Of a stretch of DNA of 64,000 nucleotides, positions 49,733 to 59,135 are shown one piece after another; within the stretch, counting starts at the first letter, position 1, and each line of letters starts with the position of its first letter. The position numbers were made by a program, and so were the translations under genes. The notes under the pieces were generated by a model. It was not told where the DNA came from. It was given only the letters and a program-made list of their open reading frames with translations, and did not search any database. Origin of the DNA: Nitrospinota bacterium (GTDB taxonomy: Bacteria > Nitrospinota_A > UBA7883 > JACRGQ01); assembly GCA_016212275.1 (NCBI GenBank), contig JACRGR010000032.1, positions 367 to 64,366 on the forward strand, given 5' to 3'.

Positions 49733-51111
49733 GTCATGATGTTCCTTGCAACGCGGATGTAATACAGTTCCTTGGGGATCTGCTCGTTCTCGCAGTAGTT
49801 GCAATCCGCGAGGAGTTTGATGTCCGCCAGCGTGCGCTCGTCCCCTTCGAACTCAACCATCTCCAGTCCTTCATCAGCCGTCACCCCACCCGCCTCCAGC
49901 AGATCCAGCACCGAGCGCGCGTCGAACTTGCGGTCCCCGACCACCAAGAAGGCGTCGGTGCCGTGTTCTTCAACCACCAGCGTGACGTAGTATGCGGGGC
50001 GCGCGTGGAACCCGGCGGGCTTGGGAACCGGCACGGAAATGCGCGTGATGCGGGAAAGCCGGGTCATCACTTTTTCCGATACGCTTTTTCCCATCATCAT
50101 GTAGCGGTGCGCGTAGAACAGACCGAAATCGGATATGAGTCCCAGCACGATTTTCTTGTCCACCAGCCCCGCGATGCGGTCGCGGCTTTGGTCGGAATGG
50201 ATATCATTCTCATGCCGCTCGTAGAAATGGATGAGCCAGCGGGCCATCTCGAACAGGTGCATGGGCGCCGATATGAACGCCCGTAAACTCACCAGGTCCG
50301 GATCGCCCATTTCCTCCCGCGTCTGGCGGATGTGGGTGTCGTATTCCGACTGGATGTTGTGCAGGGCGCTTTCCAGAATTTTAACCTTTGTCTCGTTGAT
50401 CCGCGCCGGGATGAGTTTCGCGAACTCCTCCGCCGGCGTCTTTTTGCCGTACCGCTCGCGGTTCACGCGGACCGCCACCTTGCGGTAACTCTCCACGATG
50501 TGCATGATCATCCGGTCGCTGGTCTTGTACACTTCCGTTTCCATGTTGCGCGGGAGCTTGGCCCTGCTGACGATCTCTTTGAAACCGCCGGGCGCGAGGC
50601 TGGGCATACCTATGTCGCACCCCCGGCGCTTGAGTTCTTCCACCGCCTCGCCGGCGAGGGCCGTCACGATGCCGTTGATATACTCCATCGCCTCTTCGCC
50701 GTGGGCCAAAAACTCTTCGGTGGAATGTTCCGGCTCCGCCGGGTGGTAGTCGTGATACCGGCTGAGCAAATGGCTGAGTTGGAACGCCGCGATGGCGAAA
50801 TTGCGGATGCTGGCGACAAGCTCCCGGAAATAGACCCACGTGCGGTTTTCCTTCGCGCCGTGGTCGTCCAGAAACACCTCCAGCTTCTCCGCCTCGTTCA
50901 TCAGGTTGAAGTAGAACCGGTTGTTGAATATCCGCTTGTCGATGGTGGGGAGCAGGGCCAGCCGGAAAAACGGCAGGGAGGTTTCCTCCAGCGGCTTGAG
51001 GAACTCCTCTTCGCTGATAATGGTATGGAGCGACCGGTGCAAAGGGAGTGTCCCTCCCGTCCGGCTTTGCACATCAACGCCGCCGGCGGGCGTGGTATTT
51101 TCTTCCGTCAT
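49729..51111 (-). CDS. Large helical domain fused to C-terminal HPr domain
   Basis: GFHARPA (His15 motif) and DARSVLDLL (Ser46 motif) in the last ~100 aa. Confidence 0.82.
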   Translation of the reverse strand: MTEENTTPAGGVDVQSRTGGTLPLHRSLHTIISEEEFLKPLEETSLPFFRLALLPTIDKRIFNNRFYFNLMNEAEKLEVFLDDHGAKENRTWVYFRELVASIRNFAIAAFQLSHLLSRYHDYHPAEPEHSTEEFLAHGEEAMEYINGIVTALAGEAVEELKRRGCDIGMPSLAPGGFKEIVSRAKLPRNMETEVYKTSDRMIMHIVESYRKVAVRVNRERYGKKTPAEEFAKLIPARINETKVKILESALHNIQSEYDTHIRQTREEMGDPDLVSLRAFISAPMHLFEMARWLIHFYERHENDIHSDQSRDRIAGLVDKKIVLGLISDFGLFYAHRYMMMGKSVSEKVMTRLSRITRISVPVPKPAGFHARPAYYVTLVVEEHGTDAFLVVGDRKFDARSVLDLLEAGGVTADEGLEMVEFEGDERTLADIKLLADCNYCENEQIPKELYYIRVARNIMT

Positions 51112-51204
51112 ATTCAATCCTCGACACATTCTAATTCCTAATCGTGTGCGCTTTCAAACCATTCCTCAAACCGGTGTACAATAGCCGCCAGACGCAAGGA
51201 GGAT

Positions 51205-51471
51205 ATGATGAAAAGCGCCCTGGAACTTGCAATGGAAAAGACCGCCCAAAAGGAGGGCGCGAAACCGACCGAAAAACAAAAACGGGAGATCGAGGAGATA
51301 CGTTCCATCGCCAAGGCAAAGGCGGCGGAAGAGGAGATCATGGCGCAAGGGCAGATCGCTTCCGCCGACCCCGCGAAGGCGAAGGAACTGAAAGAACTGT
51401 CCGCCGCGCGCATCCGAAAAATAATGGCGGATGCCGAGGCGAAGATCGAAAAGGCGCGGCAGTCCCGATGA
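51205..51471 (+). CDS. Small helical hypothetical protein
   Basis: AAGGAGG SD; MKSALELAMEKT; ATGA overlap with rlmN. Confidence 0.8.
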   Translation: MMKSALELAMEKTAQKEGAKPTEKQKREIEEIRSIAKAKAAEEEIMAQGQIASADPAKAKELKELSAARIRKIMADAEAKIEKARQSR

Positions 51472-52490
51472 CCGTAAACCTGAAGGACCTCACGTTCGCT
51501 CGGCAGGACGAACTTATCGCCGCGCTGGGGGAACCGAAGTTCCGCGCCAAACAGGTGCGCGACTGGCTGTACGCGAAAAACTGCCGCGACATAACCCTTA
51601 TGACCAACCTCTCGAAACCACTGCGCGAAAAACTGGCGGTGGAGCATACCGCCGAAGGGCTGAAAACCCTGCACCGGCGCGCCGCGGCGGATGGGACGAT
51701 CAAATACCTCTTCGGGCTTGCCGACGGGCTGAGCGTGGAAACGGTGTACATTCCGGAAGAAAAGCGCAAGACCGTCTGCGTTTCAACACAAGTGGGGTGC
51801 AAGTTCTCCTGCGCGTTTTGCGCCACGGGGAGCCAAGGGTTCACCCGCAACCTGTCGCTGGGCGAAATACTCAACCAGGTGATCGAGGCGCGGGTGGACG
51901 CGGGCGACGTGACCAATGTGGTGTTCATGGGTATGGGGGAGCCGCTGGACAATTACCAAGCGGTGGTGGAAGCCGCGCGGATGTTGAATGCCAAAGAGGG
52001 GTTCAATATCGGCGGACGGCGCATCACCATCTCCACGGCGGGGCTTGCCCCGCAAATCGAAAAACTGGCCGGGGAAGGATTGAACGTGAATATCGCCGTA
52101 TCGCTCCACGCGGCGGATAACGCCATCCGCACGCGGCTGATGCCAATCAACAAGAAATTCCCGGTTGAAAAACTGATGGATGCCCTCACGCACTACCCCC
52201 TGAAAGAGGGGCGCAGAATAACGATGGAGGTGATCCTCTTCGACGGCGTAAACGATTCGGCGCAAGACGCGAAAAAGCTGGTGCGCGCCCTGCACGGACT
52301 TCGCGCGAAGGTGAACCTCATCCGGTTCAACCCGGTGGCGGGCGCGGAACTGCAACCCTCCCCCAGAGAGCGCGTGGAACAGTTCAGGCAATCGCTGGAA
52401 AATAGCGGATTGGACGCAACCATACGGATAAGCAGGGGGGGAGACATCGAGGCGGCCTGCGGTCAATTAAAGTCAGCAAAAATGGGGTAG
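51468..52490 (+). CDS. rlmN: Dual-specificity RNA methyltransferase RlmN
   Basis: CVSTQVGCKFSCAFCATG, VFMGMGEPL, SLHA, IEAACGQL. Confidence 0.96.
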   Translation: MTVNLKDLTFARQDELIAALGEPKFRAKQVRDWLYAKNCRDITLMTNLSKPLREKLAVEHTAEGLKTLHRRAAADGTIKYLFGLADGLSVETVYIPEEKRKTVCVSTQVGCKFSCAFCATGSQGFTRNLSLGEILNQVIEARVDAGDVTNVVFMGMGEPLDNYQAVVEAARMLNAKEGFNIGGRRITISTAGLAPQIEKLAGEGLNVNIAVSLHAADNAIRTRLMPINKKFPVEKLMDALTHYPLKEGRRITMEVILFDGVNDSAQDAKKLVRALHGLRAKVNLIRFNPVAGAELQPSPRERVEQFRQSLENSGLDATIRISRGGDIEAACGQLKSAKMG

Positions 52491-52567
52491 CATTTCCCCA
52501 TATTTTATTAGTATTCAATACATTCAACCAGATGAAGTCAATTGAGTCTAATCTAAAACACCACAAA

Positions 52568-52585
52568 TGATACGAAAACGTATCA
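52568..52585. promoter_or_regulatory. Palindromic candidate enhancer (UAS) for a sigma54 activator
   Basis: TGATACG-AAAA-CGTATCA about 190 bp upstream of the predicted +1. Confidence 0.5.
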
Positions 52586-52720
52586 CTTTTTTCAGTTATA
52601 TATAATCATTTGTTTTCATTGATATTTATTTAATATAAATCATTAAGTGCGGCAAAAAGGTTTCATTTAAATATAGAGTTATGGAAGTGCAAAAATAGAA
52701 AATCTATACTCCACTAAATA

Positions 52721-52733
52721 AATCAATCAGTTG
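52721..52733 (+). promoter_or_regulatory. IHF site
   Basis: AATCAATCAGTTG matches WATCAANNNNTTR, immediately upstream of the -24 element. Confidence 0.7.
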
Positions 52734-52738
52734 ATATT

Positions 52739-52755
52739 TTGGCACGCCGCTTGCT
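52739..52755 (+). promoter_or_regulatory. Consensus sigma54 promoter
   Basis: TTGGCACGCCGCTTGCT matches TGGCACG-N4-TTGCW. Confidence 0.88.
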
Positions 52756-52765
52756 AAATAGATAA

Positions 52766-52867
52766 GTGGAACAACGCTTCTCGCCAGAGAGGCTAGTTTC
52801 GTTAGATCACCCTCTAACCTCCCCTTAGAAAAGGGAATCATCGCCCGATGATTCCCTTTTTATTTTT
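52766..52867 (+). ncRNA. Candidate sigma54-dependent small RNA (~100 nt)
   Basis: Bounded by the sigma54 promoter and a strong terminator; 5' hairpin and C/U-rich single-stranded stretch. Confidence 0.7.
52829..52867 (+). terminator. Intrinsic terminator (potentially bidirectional)
   Basis: AAAAGGGAATCATCG-CC-CGATGATTCCCTTTT then TATTTTT. Confidence 0.88.
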
Positions 52868-52945
52868 CCGCCATATTATATCGCATTGAAACCGCCATGC
52901 GTAAAACCATATCGGAAAGCGGAAAAGAAAGAAGGCGGGAATTAG

Positions 52946-53230
52946 TTAGACCTCTTGCACCGAGCAGAAAACGGAGCACCGGTCATAGGTGCCGCTCTGG
53001 GCGCAACTGGCGATGATCTGGAACTTGGCATCGTAAACAAGGCTGTTACGGTGCCGTTCCGCCATGAACCAGCAGTAGGTGGCGATTGGAACATGCCGCG
53101 CGGAGGAATACGAATCCGCTTCCACGGCGAAGGGGCACACCAGCCGTTCCCGCTTCAGGAAATTGAAAAGGGAGTTCCCGGCGGGGCTATCGGAACCGCA
53201 CGAACTCAAAAAAACCACGTTTTGTTCCAT
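52946..53230 (-). CDS. Small Cys-rich hypothetical protein (94 aa)
   Basis: ATG 1 nt after the HD-GYP stop; MEQNVVFLSSC...CPF...YCW...CAQ...CSVFC. Confidence 0.65.
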   Translation of the reverse strand: MEQNVVFLSSCGSDSPAGNSLFNFLKRERLVCPFAVEADSYSSARHVPIATYCWFMAERHRNSLVYDAKFQIIASCAQSGTYDRCSVFCSVQEV

Positions 53231-53231
53231 G

Positions 53232-54449
53232 TTACGCCATCCCCATGTATTGGAGCAGATTGATCCCATACGCATCCGCTTTCTCATACCCGGTTATTTT
53301 GCCGTGGCCATGGTCGGGGTCCGATAGGTCAACATCCTTTGGCCGTATCTTCGCGTTTTTCCGGGGATCGTACACCAAGCGCACCTTCGGCAGGTGCGTC
53401 CCTTTGGCGGAGGGTTCCAGCACCAGCGCCAAAAAGCCGCTTTCCAGCCGCACCAGCGAGCCGGAGGGATAGATGCCGACGCATTTGATGAAGTGCTCCA
53501 CCATTTCCTTTTTGAAATGGTACTGCGCCCATTCGTACATCTTGCGCAAAGCCTCCGAGGGGGTCAGGCCCTTGTGGTAGCACCGGTCGGACGTTATCGC
53601 GTCGTACACGTCCACCACCGAGGCCATCTGGCCTATCGGCGTTATCTCCTCCCCCTTCAGCTTAAAGGGGTAACCGCTCCCGTCGAACCGTTCGTGGTGC
53701 TGAATCATCACGCTCACCGCGTTCGCCGAAATGTCGTTAAAATTCTTCACCGAGGTTTTCCCCAGCAGGACGTGGCTTTTCATCATGTCGAATTCGCCGT
53801 CCGAGAGTTTGCCCGCCTTGTTCAGCACCTCGTCGGGCACCTTCATCTTTCCCAAATCATGGAGCAAGGCGCCGGTGGCCACCTCGCGCACCTTCTCCTT
53901 CTCCATCTTCATGGCCCGGCAAAACGAGATCATCAAAATGCAAACATTGACGGAATGCTGGAAGGTGTATTCGTCCCGGCTCTTGAGCTGGCTCAGGCAT
54001 ACCAGCGCGCTGGAGTTGCGGAACACCGAGTCCACCAGGTTGTTCGCGGCGTCGTCCACCACGGCGAAATCCACCTGCTTGCCCAGTTTCACGTCCCCCA
54101 TGATGCTGGTGACCACCTTTTTCGCCTCGTCGCGCACTTCCTTGGCCTTGGTCACTTCCTCCATGAAAGAAAGCGGGGCGTCTTCCCGAATCGCTTCCTT
54201 GGCAACCGCCATGATCTCCTTTTCCACCACCTTTTTCACTTCGGCAAGCGGAAGCGCGTCCGCCACGTCTTTGCCGCGGGCCGTGTCTATGTACACTTCG
54301 CGGATGTGGTTCGCGAGTATCTTTTGCACCATCGCGTCGTCCGTCACCATCAGCGACCGGCGCATGAACGGCACTTCCATCCATCCGCAGTCGAAATCGT
54401 GTATGTACATACCGGGCTGTAACTGCTCGGTCTTCACTTTCTTTATCAC
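53232..54449 (-). CDS. HD-GYP c-di-GMP phosphodiesterase with DUF3391-like N-terminus
   Basis: LQPGMYI, YTFQHSVNV, HDLGK, HHERFDGSGYP, DVYDAITSDR; GTG start with GGAGG. Confidence 0.93.
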   Translation of the reverse strand: MIKKVKTEQLQPGMYIHDFDCGWMEVPFMRRSLMVTDDAMVQKILANHIREVYIDTARGKDVADALPLAEVKKVVEKEIMAVAKEAIREDAPLSFMEEVTKAKEVRDEAKKVVTSIMGDVKLGKQVDFAVVDDAANNLVDSVFRNSSALVCLSQLKSRDEYTFQHSVNVCILMISFCRAMKMEKEKVREVATGALLHDLGKMKVPDEVLNKAGKLSDGEFDMMKSHVLLGKTSVKNFNDISANAVSVMIQHHERFDGSGYPFKLKGEEITPIGQMASVVDVYDAITSDRCYHKGLTPSEALRKMYEWAQYHFKKEMVEHFIKCVGIYPSGSLVRLESGFLALVLEPSAKGTHLPKVRLVYDPRKNAKIRPKDVDLSDPDHGHGKITGYEKADAYGINLLQYMGMA

Positions 54450-54466
54450 ATTGCCTCCATGAGTGG

Positions 54467-55081
54467 TCAATTGGTTAGCCATTTTCTGCAGAACTCCAGA
54501 TAGGCCAGGACTATCTCTTCGCCCGGTTTGTTCAGTTCCACGAACGAACCGTAATACTCGAATTTTCCCGCGGTCGCCTTGATGCGGGAAACCTTCACCA
54601 GCTGTGAATCTATGTGGCCCATCTCGCCGATGTGGAAGCTGACCTTTATCGCGTTATGCGCGGGAATGTCCAGCCGCTCCGTGGAGTAGAACGCGATGCC
54701 GCCGAGGCCGATATCGAACACCATCCCCTCCCCCAGCCTGACGCCGGTTTCCACATCAGTCACCTGCACCGGCAAAAAGCACGAAAAGCGCTCCATCGCC
54801 AGAAGGGAGCTGATGACCGTTTCGTCCTCCGTCGCGAAAAGCAGTAGCCCGGTGTGCTTGAGCGGCTCAATATACACCGCGGAAAGGCCGAACACGCTCC
54901 CGCCGGTTCCCAGGTTCACCGTAACTTCCTCGCCCGGCAAGGGGGTCACCACCCCGTTCTTGGCCTGCGGCGGTTCGAAAAACAAAAAGCCCTTGCGTTT
55001 TTTCAATTTCCAGCCCACCAGCTTGCTCACCGCGCGTTTGCCGCCGATTTCCAAAACAACCTCTTTGCCAATTTGCAACAC
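54467..55081 (-). CDS. PilZ-like protein with degenerate c-di-GMP motifs
   Basis: YcgR-like N-domain; LAMER in place of RxxxR, DIGLGG in place of DxSxxG. Confidence 0.75.
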   Translation of the reverse strand: MLQIGKEVVLEIGGKRAVSKLVGWKLKKRKGFLFFEPPQAKNGVVTPLPGEEVTVNLGTGGSVFGLSAVYIEPLKHTGLLLFATEDETVISSLLAMERFSCFLPVQVTDVETGVRLGEGMVFDIGLGGIAFYSTERLDIPAHNAIKVSFHIGEMGHIDSQLVKVSRIKATAGKFEYYGSFVELNKPGEEIVLAYLEFCRKWLTN

Positions 55082-55091
55082 CTCTTACCCC

Positions 55092-55814
55092 TTAAACGTA
55101 GCCGAGGCATTTTTGGTAATATTGCGCCACCGCCCGCGCCGGGGCGGAATCCCCCTCGGCGAAATTCAGGCCTAAATGGAACTTCCCGCAATTCTCGCGC
55201 ACGCTTTTAATGAGGCCGGAAAGCCCGCTTATCCCTTTGCCGTCCGGCAAGGCCCCGAACAGCGACAGGGTGCTTCCCACATCCCATCCATCGCGCTTGT
55301 CCAGGGCGACCCGCGCCCCAACGGCGGAAACATCGAGAATCGCCCCATTTTGCCGGGCGGGGGCGGAGGGATTCCCCACCTCCACCGGCACCATCACGTT
55401 TATCCGTTTGGATTTCCGCAGGCAGAATTTTTCTATGTTGTTTGGATATTCAAGCACCACGAGGCCCGCCTTGGGGTGTATCCGCAGGAAAAAGGTTTTG
55501 AACCCGTACACCACCCCTTCGGAAAGGAACCGCACCACCACCGAGGAGTTGAACTCCATCGGCGCCGGTTTGCCGTCCGCCATCGGAACGTCCACCAACA
55601 GATACCCCTGCTCGGCGATCTGCATGATCGGCTTGCCGCCGCCCGACGTGATGTCCGCGAACACATAGGTGTTTTCCTTCGCCCCTCGGAAGGTGGTGGG
55701 ATATTTTATCCCCTTCCACTCCACCGACATCGGTTCGCCCACCGCGCACAACGATTCGAGCTCCAGTTTCGTTTTCGCCCCGGATTCAGCGGCAACTGCA
55801 CTGTTCATTTTCAT
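55092..55814 (-). CDS. PilZ-domain flagellar-brake-like protein
   Basis: RKSKR, DVSAVG; VVVRFLSEGVVYGF N-domain. Confidence 0.85.
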   Translation of the reverse strand: MKMNSAVAAESGAKTKLELESLCAVGEPMSVEWKGIKYPTTFRGAKENTYVFADITSGGGKPIMQIAEQGYLLVDVPMADGKPAPMEFNSSVVVRFLSEGVVYGFKTFFLRIHPKAGLVVLEYPNNIEKFCLRKSKRINVMVPVEVGNPSAPARQNGAILDVSAVGARVALDKRDGWDVGSTLSLFGALPDGKGISGLSGLIKSVRENCGKFHLGLNFAEGDSAPARAVAQYYQKCLGYV

Positions 55815-56066
55815 TACCCCTTTTTGCTTGCCAACTACGCTGAAAGACGTATTCAAAAAATTGGACGTTTCAGTTATCGCAATTGTAACTAATTCATTAT
55901 CAAAAGAGTTGGTGGTTATTTAGGGGGTTGGTGTAAATGCCATAAATGGGTTATTCACCCCCCAATTCCGCCACTATCTATTGGCTTTTCTCTGTGACGA
56001 AATGGCGCGGTTCATTACTCGCGCGCAACGGCGCAATACGGATGGAATGGGGAATGGAATAATCGT

Positions 56067-59000
56067 TTACGCGGCGGTTTTCCGCGCGGCGCGTTTTTCC
56101 AGCCGGTGCATGATGAGCGAATAGACCGCCGGCACCACCACCAGCGTGAGGAACGTGGAACTGATCATGCCGCCGATGACGGCGATTGCCAGCGGGCCGT
56201 TGGTATCGGCCCCCGCGCCCAGCCCCAGCGCCGCCGGGAGCATGGCGAAGATGACGGTGAAGCTCGTCATCAACACCGGGCGCATCCGTATCGGGCACGC
56301 TTCGGTCAATGCGGTATCTATGTCCTTCCCTTCTTCGCGCAGTTGGTTGGTGAAATCCACCAGCAGGATGGAATTTTTCGCCACCAGCCCCATCAAAAGC
56401 ACAAGGCCAATCATCGAATAGATGTTCAGCGTGTTCCGCGTGACCCACAACGCCGCCAAACCCCCGATGATCGCCAGCGGCTGTGCCAGCATGATGATGA
56501 ACGGCTGAACGAACGAATTGAACTGGCTGGACAGCACCATGTACAAAAGGACGATGGCCAGCGTGAACGCGAAGAGCATGTACCCCATCGTCTTGCCCAT
56601 TTCCTCGGCCTGTCCGCGCAGGCGCACTTCGTACCCCGCGGGCAATATCTCGCGCCCCACGGCCCGCACTTTTTCCGCCGCGTCGCCCAACGGGACGGTG
56701 GGAGTGCTGAAGAAATTCGCCGCATAGCGAAGGTCCAGCCGCGATATGACGGCGGGTCCCACCTCCGCCTTCACATCGGCCACGGTATCCAGCCGCACCA
56801 GTTTTCCTTCCTTGCTCCGCACATATATCCGGCTCATGTCGGCGGGGGATTCCAGTTGTCCTTCCGCCGCTTTCATGCGCACGTCGTACCGTTCGCCGTC
56901 CCCCGGCTCGTCGTTGTACTTCGCCACGTCGAACCCGCCCATCAGCACGTTCACCGCCTGCGTGAGGTCCATCGAGCTGATGCCCAGGCTGGCGGCGCGG
57001 GTGCGGTCAATGTGCAGGTTTATCTGCGGCATGTCGAGTTGCACGTCCAGATCAACCCTCCCCAGCGCGCCGTCCTGGTTCACCTTGCGTTTCATCTCGT
57101 TCGCCAGGCGCGAGACCTCGCCGAGGTTCGTGCCGGAAAGCGAGAACTGCAAAGGCTCCCCGCGCTGGCCGCCCACTATCGGCACAATGGCGGGAAACGC
57201 CATCACGCCGGGAATCGCCGAGAACTTCTTGCCCAGTTCAGCCATGATCTCCTGTTGGCTGGGCTTCCGCTCACCCCGCGGGGTGAGCCGCACGAACGCA
57301 AGCCCCTGGTTCACCTGTCCCGCCTGCCCCAGCCCGATGGCGGTGAAATAGGTCGCTATTCCCGGCTGGGCGCCGAGTATTCCCTCGATCTGTTTGAGCC
57401 GCCCGTTCGTGTATTGGATGCTGGAACCCAGCGGCGTCTTGAAGAACACCAGAAAGCGACCTTCGTCCTCCTGCGGCACGAATTCCTTGCCCACCCCCGC
57501 GAAAAAGAGGCCGCTGGAAAGCACCGCCGCCACCGTGAACGCCACCACGCGCCAGCGGTACTTGAGCGAAAGCCCCAGCAGGTATTGGTAATGCTCGTCC
57601 ATCTTCCTGAATATCCGGTCGAAGAACCGGTACAGCTTTCCGTGCTCTTCCTCCTTCGCCACGCGCAGGTAGCGCGAGCAGAGCATCGGCGTGAGCGTCA
57701 TGGAAACGAACCACGAGGCCATCACGCCAACCGTGACCACCACGGCGAACGACTTGAAGAACCGCCCGATGATGCCCCCCATGAATATGACCGGGAAAAA
57801 GATGGATACCAGCGTGAGCGTGGCGGCCAGCACGGCGAACACCACCTGCCGCGATCCGTTGATGGCCGCGCTCATCGGCTCCGGATCTATCTCCTCGCGG
57901 TGGCGGAAGATGTTTTCCAGCACCACTATCGCGTCGTCCACCACCACGCCGATGAGGAGCAGAAGGGCCAAAAGCGTGAGGGAGTTGAACGTGAAGCCCG
58001 AAAAGTACATGGCGGCGATAGCCGAGAGCAACGACACCGGGATGGCGGTGATGATGATGGCGGTGGCGCGGAAACTCTTGAGGAACATCAGCACCACCAA
58101 ACCGGCGAGGATAACGCTCTCCACCAGATGTTCCTTGAGGGAGTTCACCATCTCCTGAATGAACAGCGCGTCGTTGGACGCCTGCTGTATCTTCAGACCC
58201 GGCGGGAGGTTCGGGATGATCTCCTTGTTCAGCCGTTCCCACACCGCGTCCACCACCGCCACGGTGTTCGCCTTGCTCACCTTCACGATGCCGAGACCCA
58301 CGTTCGGCTTGCCGTTGAAATTGGCCAGCTGGCGGAAATCGGCAAGTCCGTCCTCCACCTGCGCCACGTCCGCCAGCCGCACCGGGGCGCCCTCGCGGTA
58401 GCCCACGATCATCTGGCGTATGGCGGGAAGGCTGTGGAACTCGGCGTCCAGCTTTATCAAGAATTCCACATCGCGCCCGGACAAAAAGCCGCCGGGTTGC
58501 ACCACATGTTCCGCGTTGAAGGCGTTGAGCACGTCCTGTATCGCCACCCCGTAGGATGCCAGCGCGGAAAGGTTCAGGTTCACCCGTATCTGCCGCTTGC
58601 GCTCGCCGCCCAGCCGCACTTCGCCCACGCCGTTGATGTTCTCCAGACGCTTCTTGACCACGTTGCGCGCGTACAGGTTCAGGTCCTGCAAGGTGCGGTC
58701 CCCCTGCAACGACAGCCACATCACCGGCTGGGCGCCGACCTCCACCTTGGCCACCACCGGGGGATCGGTGCCGCGCGGGAGCTGGTTGAGCACCTGGTTC
58801 ACCTTCGCCTGCACCTCGTTGAAGGCCACGTCGGCGTTCTTGTCCAGATCGAACTCGATGGCGACGATGGAGATGCCGGGGGAGGAGGTGGACTGGATAT
58901 GGTTGACGCCGGGCACGGCGTTCACCGCCGACTCGATGACGTTGGTGATGTTGGAATCCACGATGTTCGGGTTCGCCCCGCGCAGGGCGGTCATCACGGT

Positions 59001-59135
59001 GATGACGGGGAACTCGATCTGCGGGAAGCGGTCAACGCCCAGCCGCTGATAGCCGATGATCCCCATCAGCATGAGTACGCCGCTCATCATGAACGCCAGC
59101 ACATGCCGGCGTATGGATAATTCCGGTAAGCTCAC
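56067..59135 (-). CDS. RND efflux permease (AcrB/AcrD/AcrF family)
   Basis: GVVVDDAIVVLENI, KNSILLVDF, RMRPVLMTS. Confidence 0.96.
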   Translation of the reverse strand: MSLPELSIRRHVLAFMMSGVLMLMGIIGYQRLGVDRFPQIEFPVITVMTALRGANPNIVDSNITNVIESAVNAVPGVNHIQSTSSPGISIVAIEFDLDKNADVAFNEVQAKVNQVLNQLPRGTDPPVVAKVEVGAQPVMWLSLQGDRTLQDLNLYARNVVKKRLENINGVGEVRLGGERKRQIRVNLNLSALASYGVAIQDVLNAFNAEHVVQPGGFLSGRDVEFLIKLDAEFHSLPAIRQMIVGYREGAPVRLADVAQVEDGLADFRQLANFNGKPNVGLGIVKVSKANTVAVVDAVWERLNKEIIPNLPPGLKIQQASNDALFIQEMVNSLKEHLVESVILAGLVVLMFLKSFRATAIIITAIPVSLLSAIAAMYFSGFTFNSLTLLALLLLIGVVVDDAIVVLENIFRHREEIDPEPMSAAINGSRQVVFAVLAATLTLVSIFFPVIFMGGIIGRFFKSFAVVVTVGVMASWFVSMTLTPMLCSRYLRVAKEEEHGKLYRFFDRIFRKMDEHYQYLLGLSLKYRWRVVAFTVAAVLSSGLFFAGVGKEFVPQEDEGRFLVFFKTPLGSSIQYTNGRLKQIEGILGAQPGIATYFTAIGLGQAGQVNQGLAFVRLTPRGERKPSQQEIMAELGKKFSAIPGVMAFPAIVPIVGGQRGEPLQFSLSGTNLGEVSRLANEMKRKVNQDGALGRVDLDVQLDMPQINLHIDRTRAASLGISSMDLTQAVNVLMGGFDVAKYNDEPGDGERYDVRMKAAEGQLESPADMSRIYVRSKEGKLVRLDTVADVKAEVGPAVISRLDLRYAANFFSTPTVPLGDAAEKVRAVGREILPAGYEVRLRGQAEEMGKTMGYMLFAFTLAIVLLYMVLSSQFNSFVQPFIIMLAQPLAIIGGLAALWVTRNTLNIYSMIGLVLLMGLVAKNSILLVDFTNQLREEGKDIDTALTEACPIRMRPVLMTSFTVIFAMLPAALGLGAGADTNGPLAIAVIGGMISSTFLTLVVVPAVYSLIMHRLEKRAARKTAA

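Noticed and set aside
51144-51467. N-terminal extension of RlmN
   Set aside because: Region is occupied by a separate small gene with a strong SD whose stop overlaps the rlmN ATG
56106-59120. 1004-aa plus-strand ORF
   Set aside because: Antisense shadow of the RND permease caused by high GC3; no motifs
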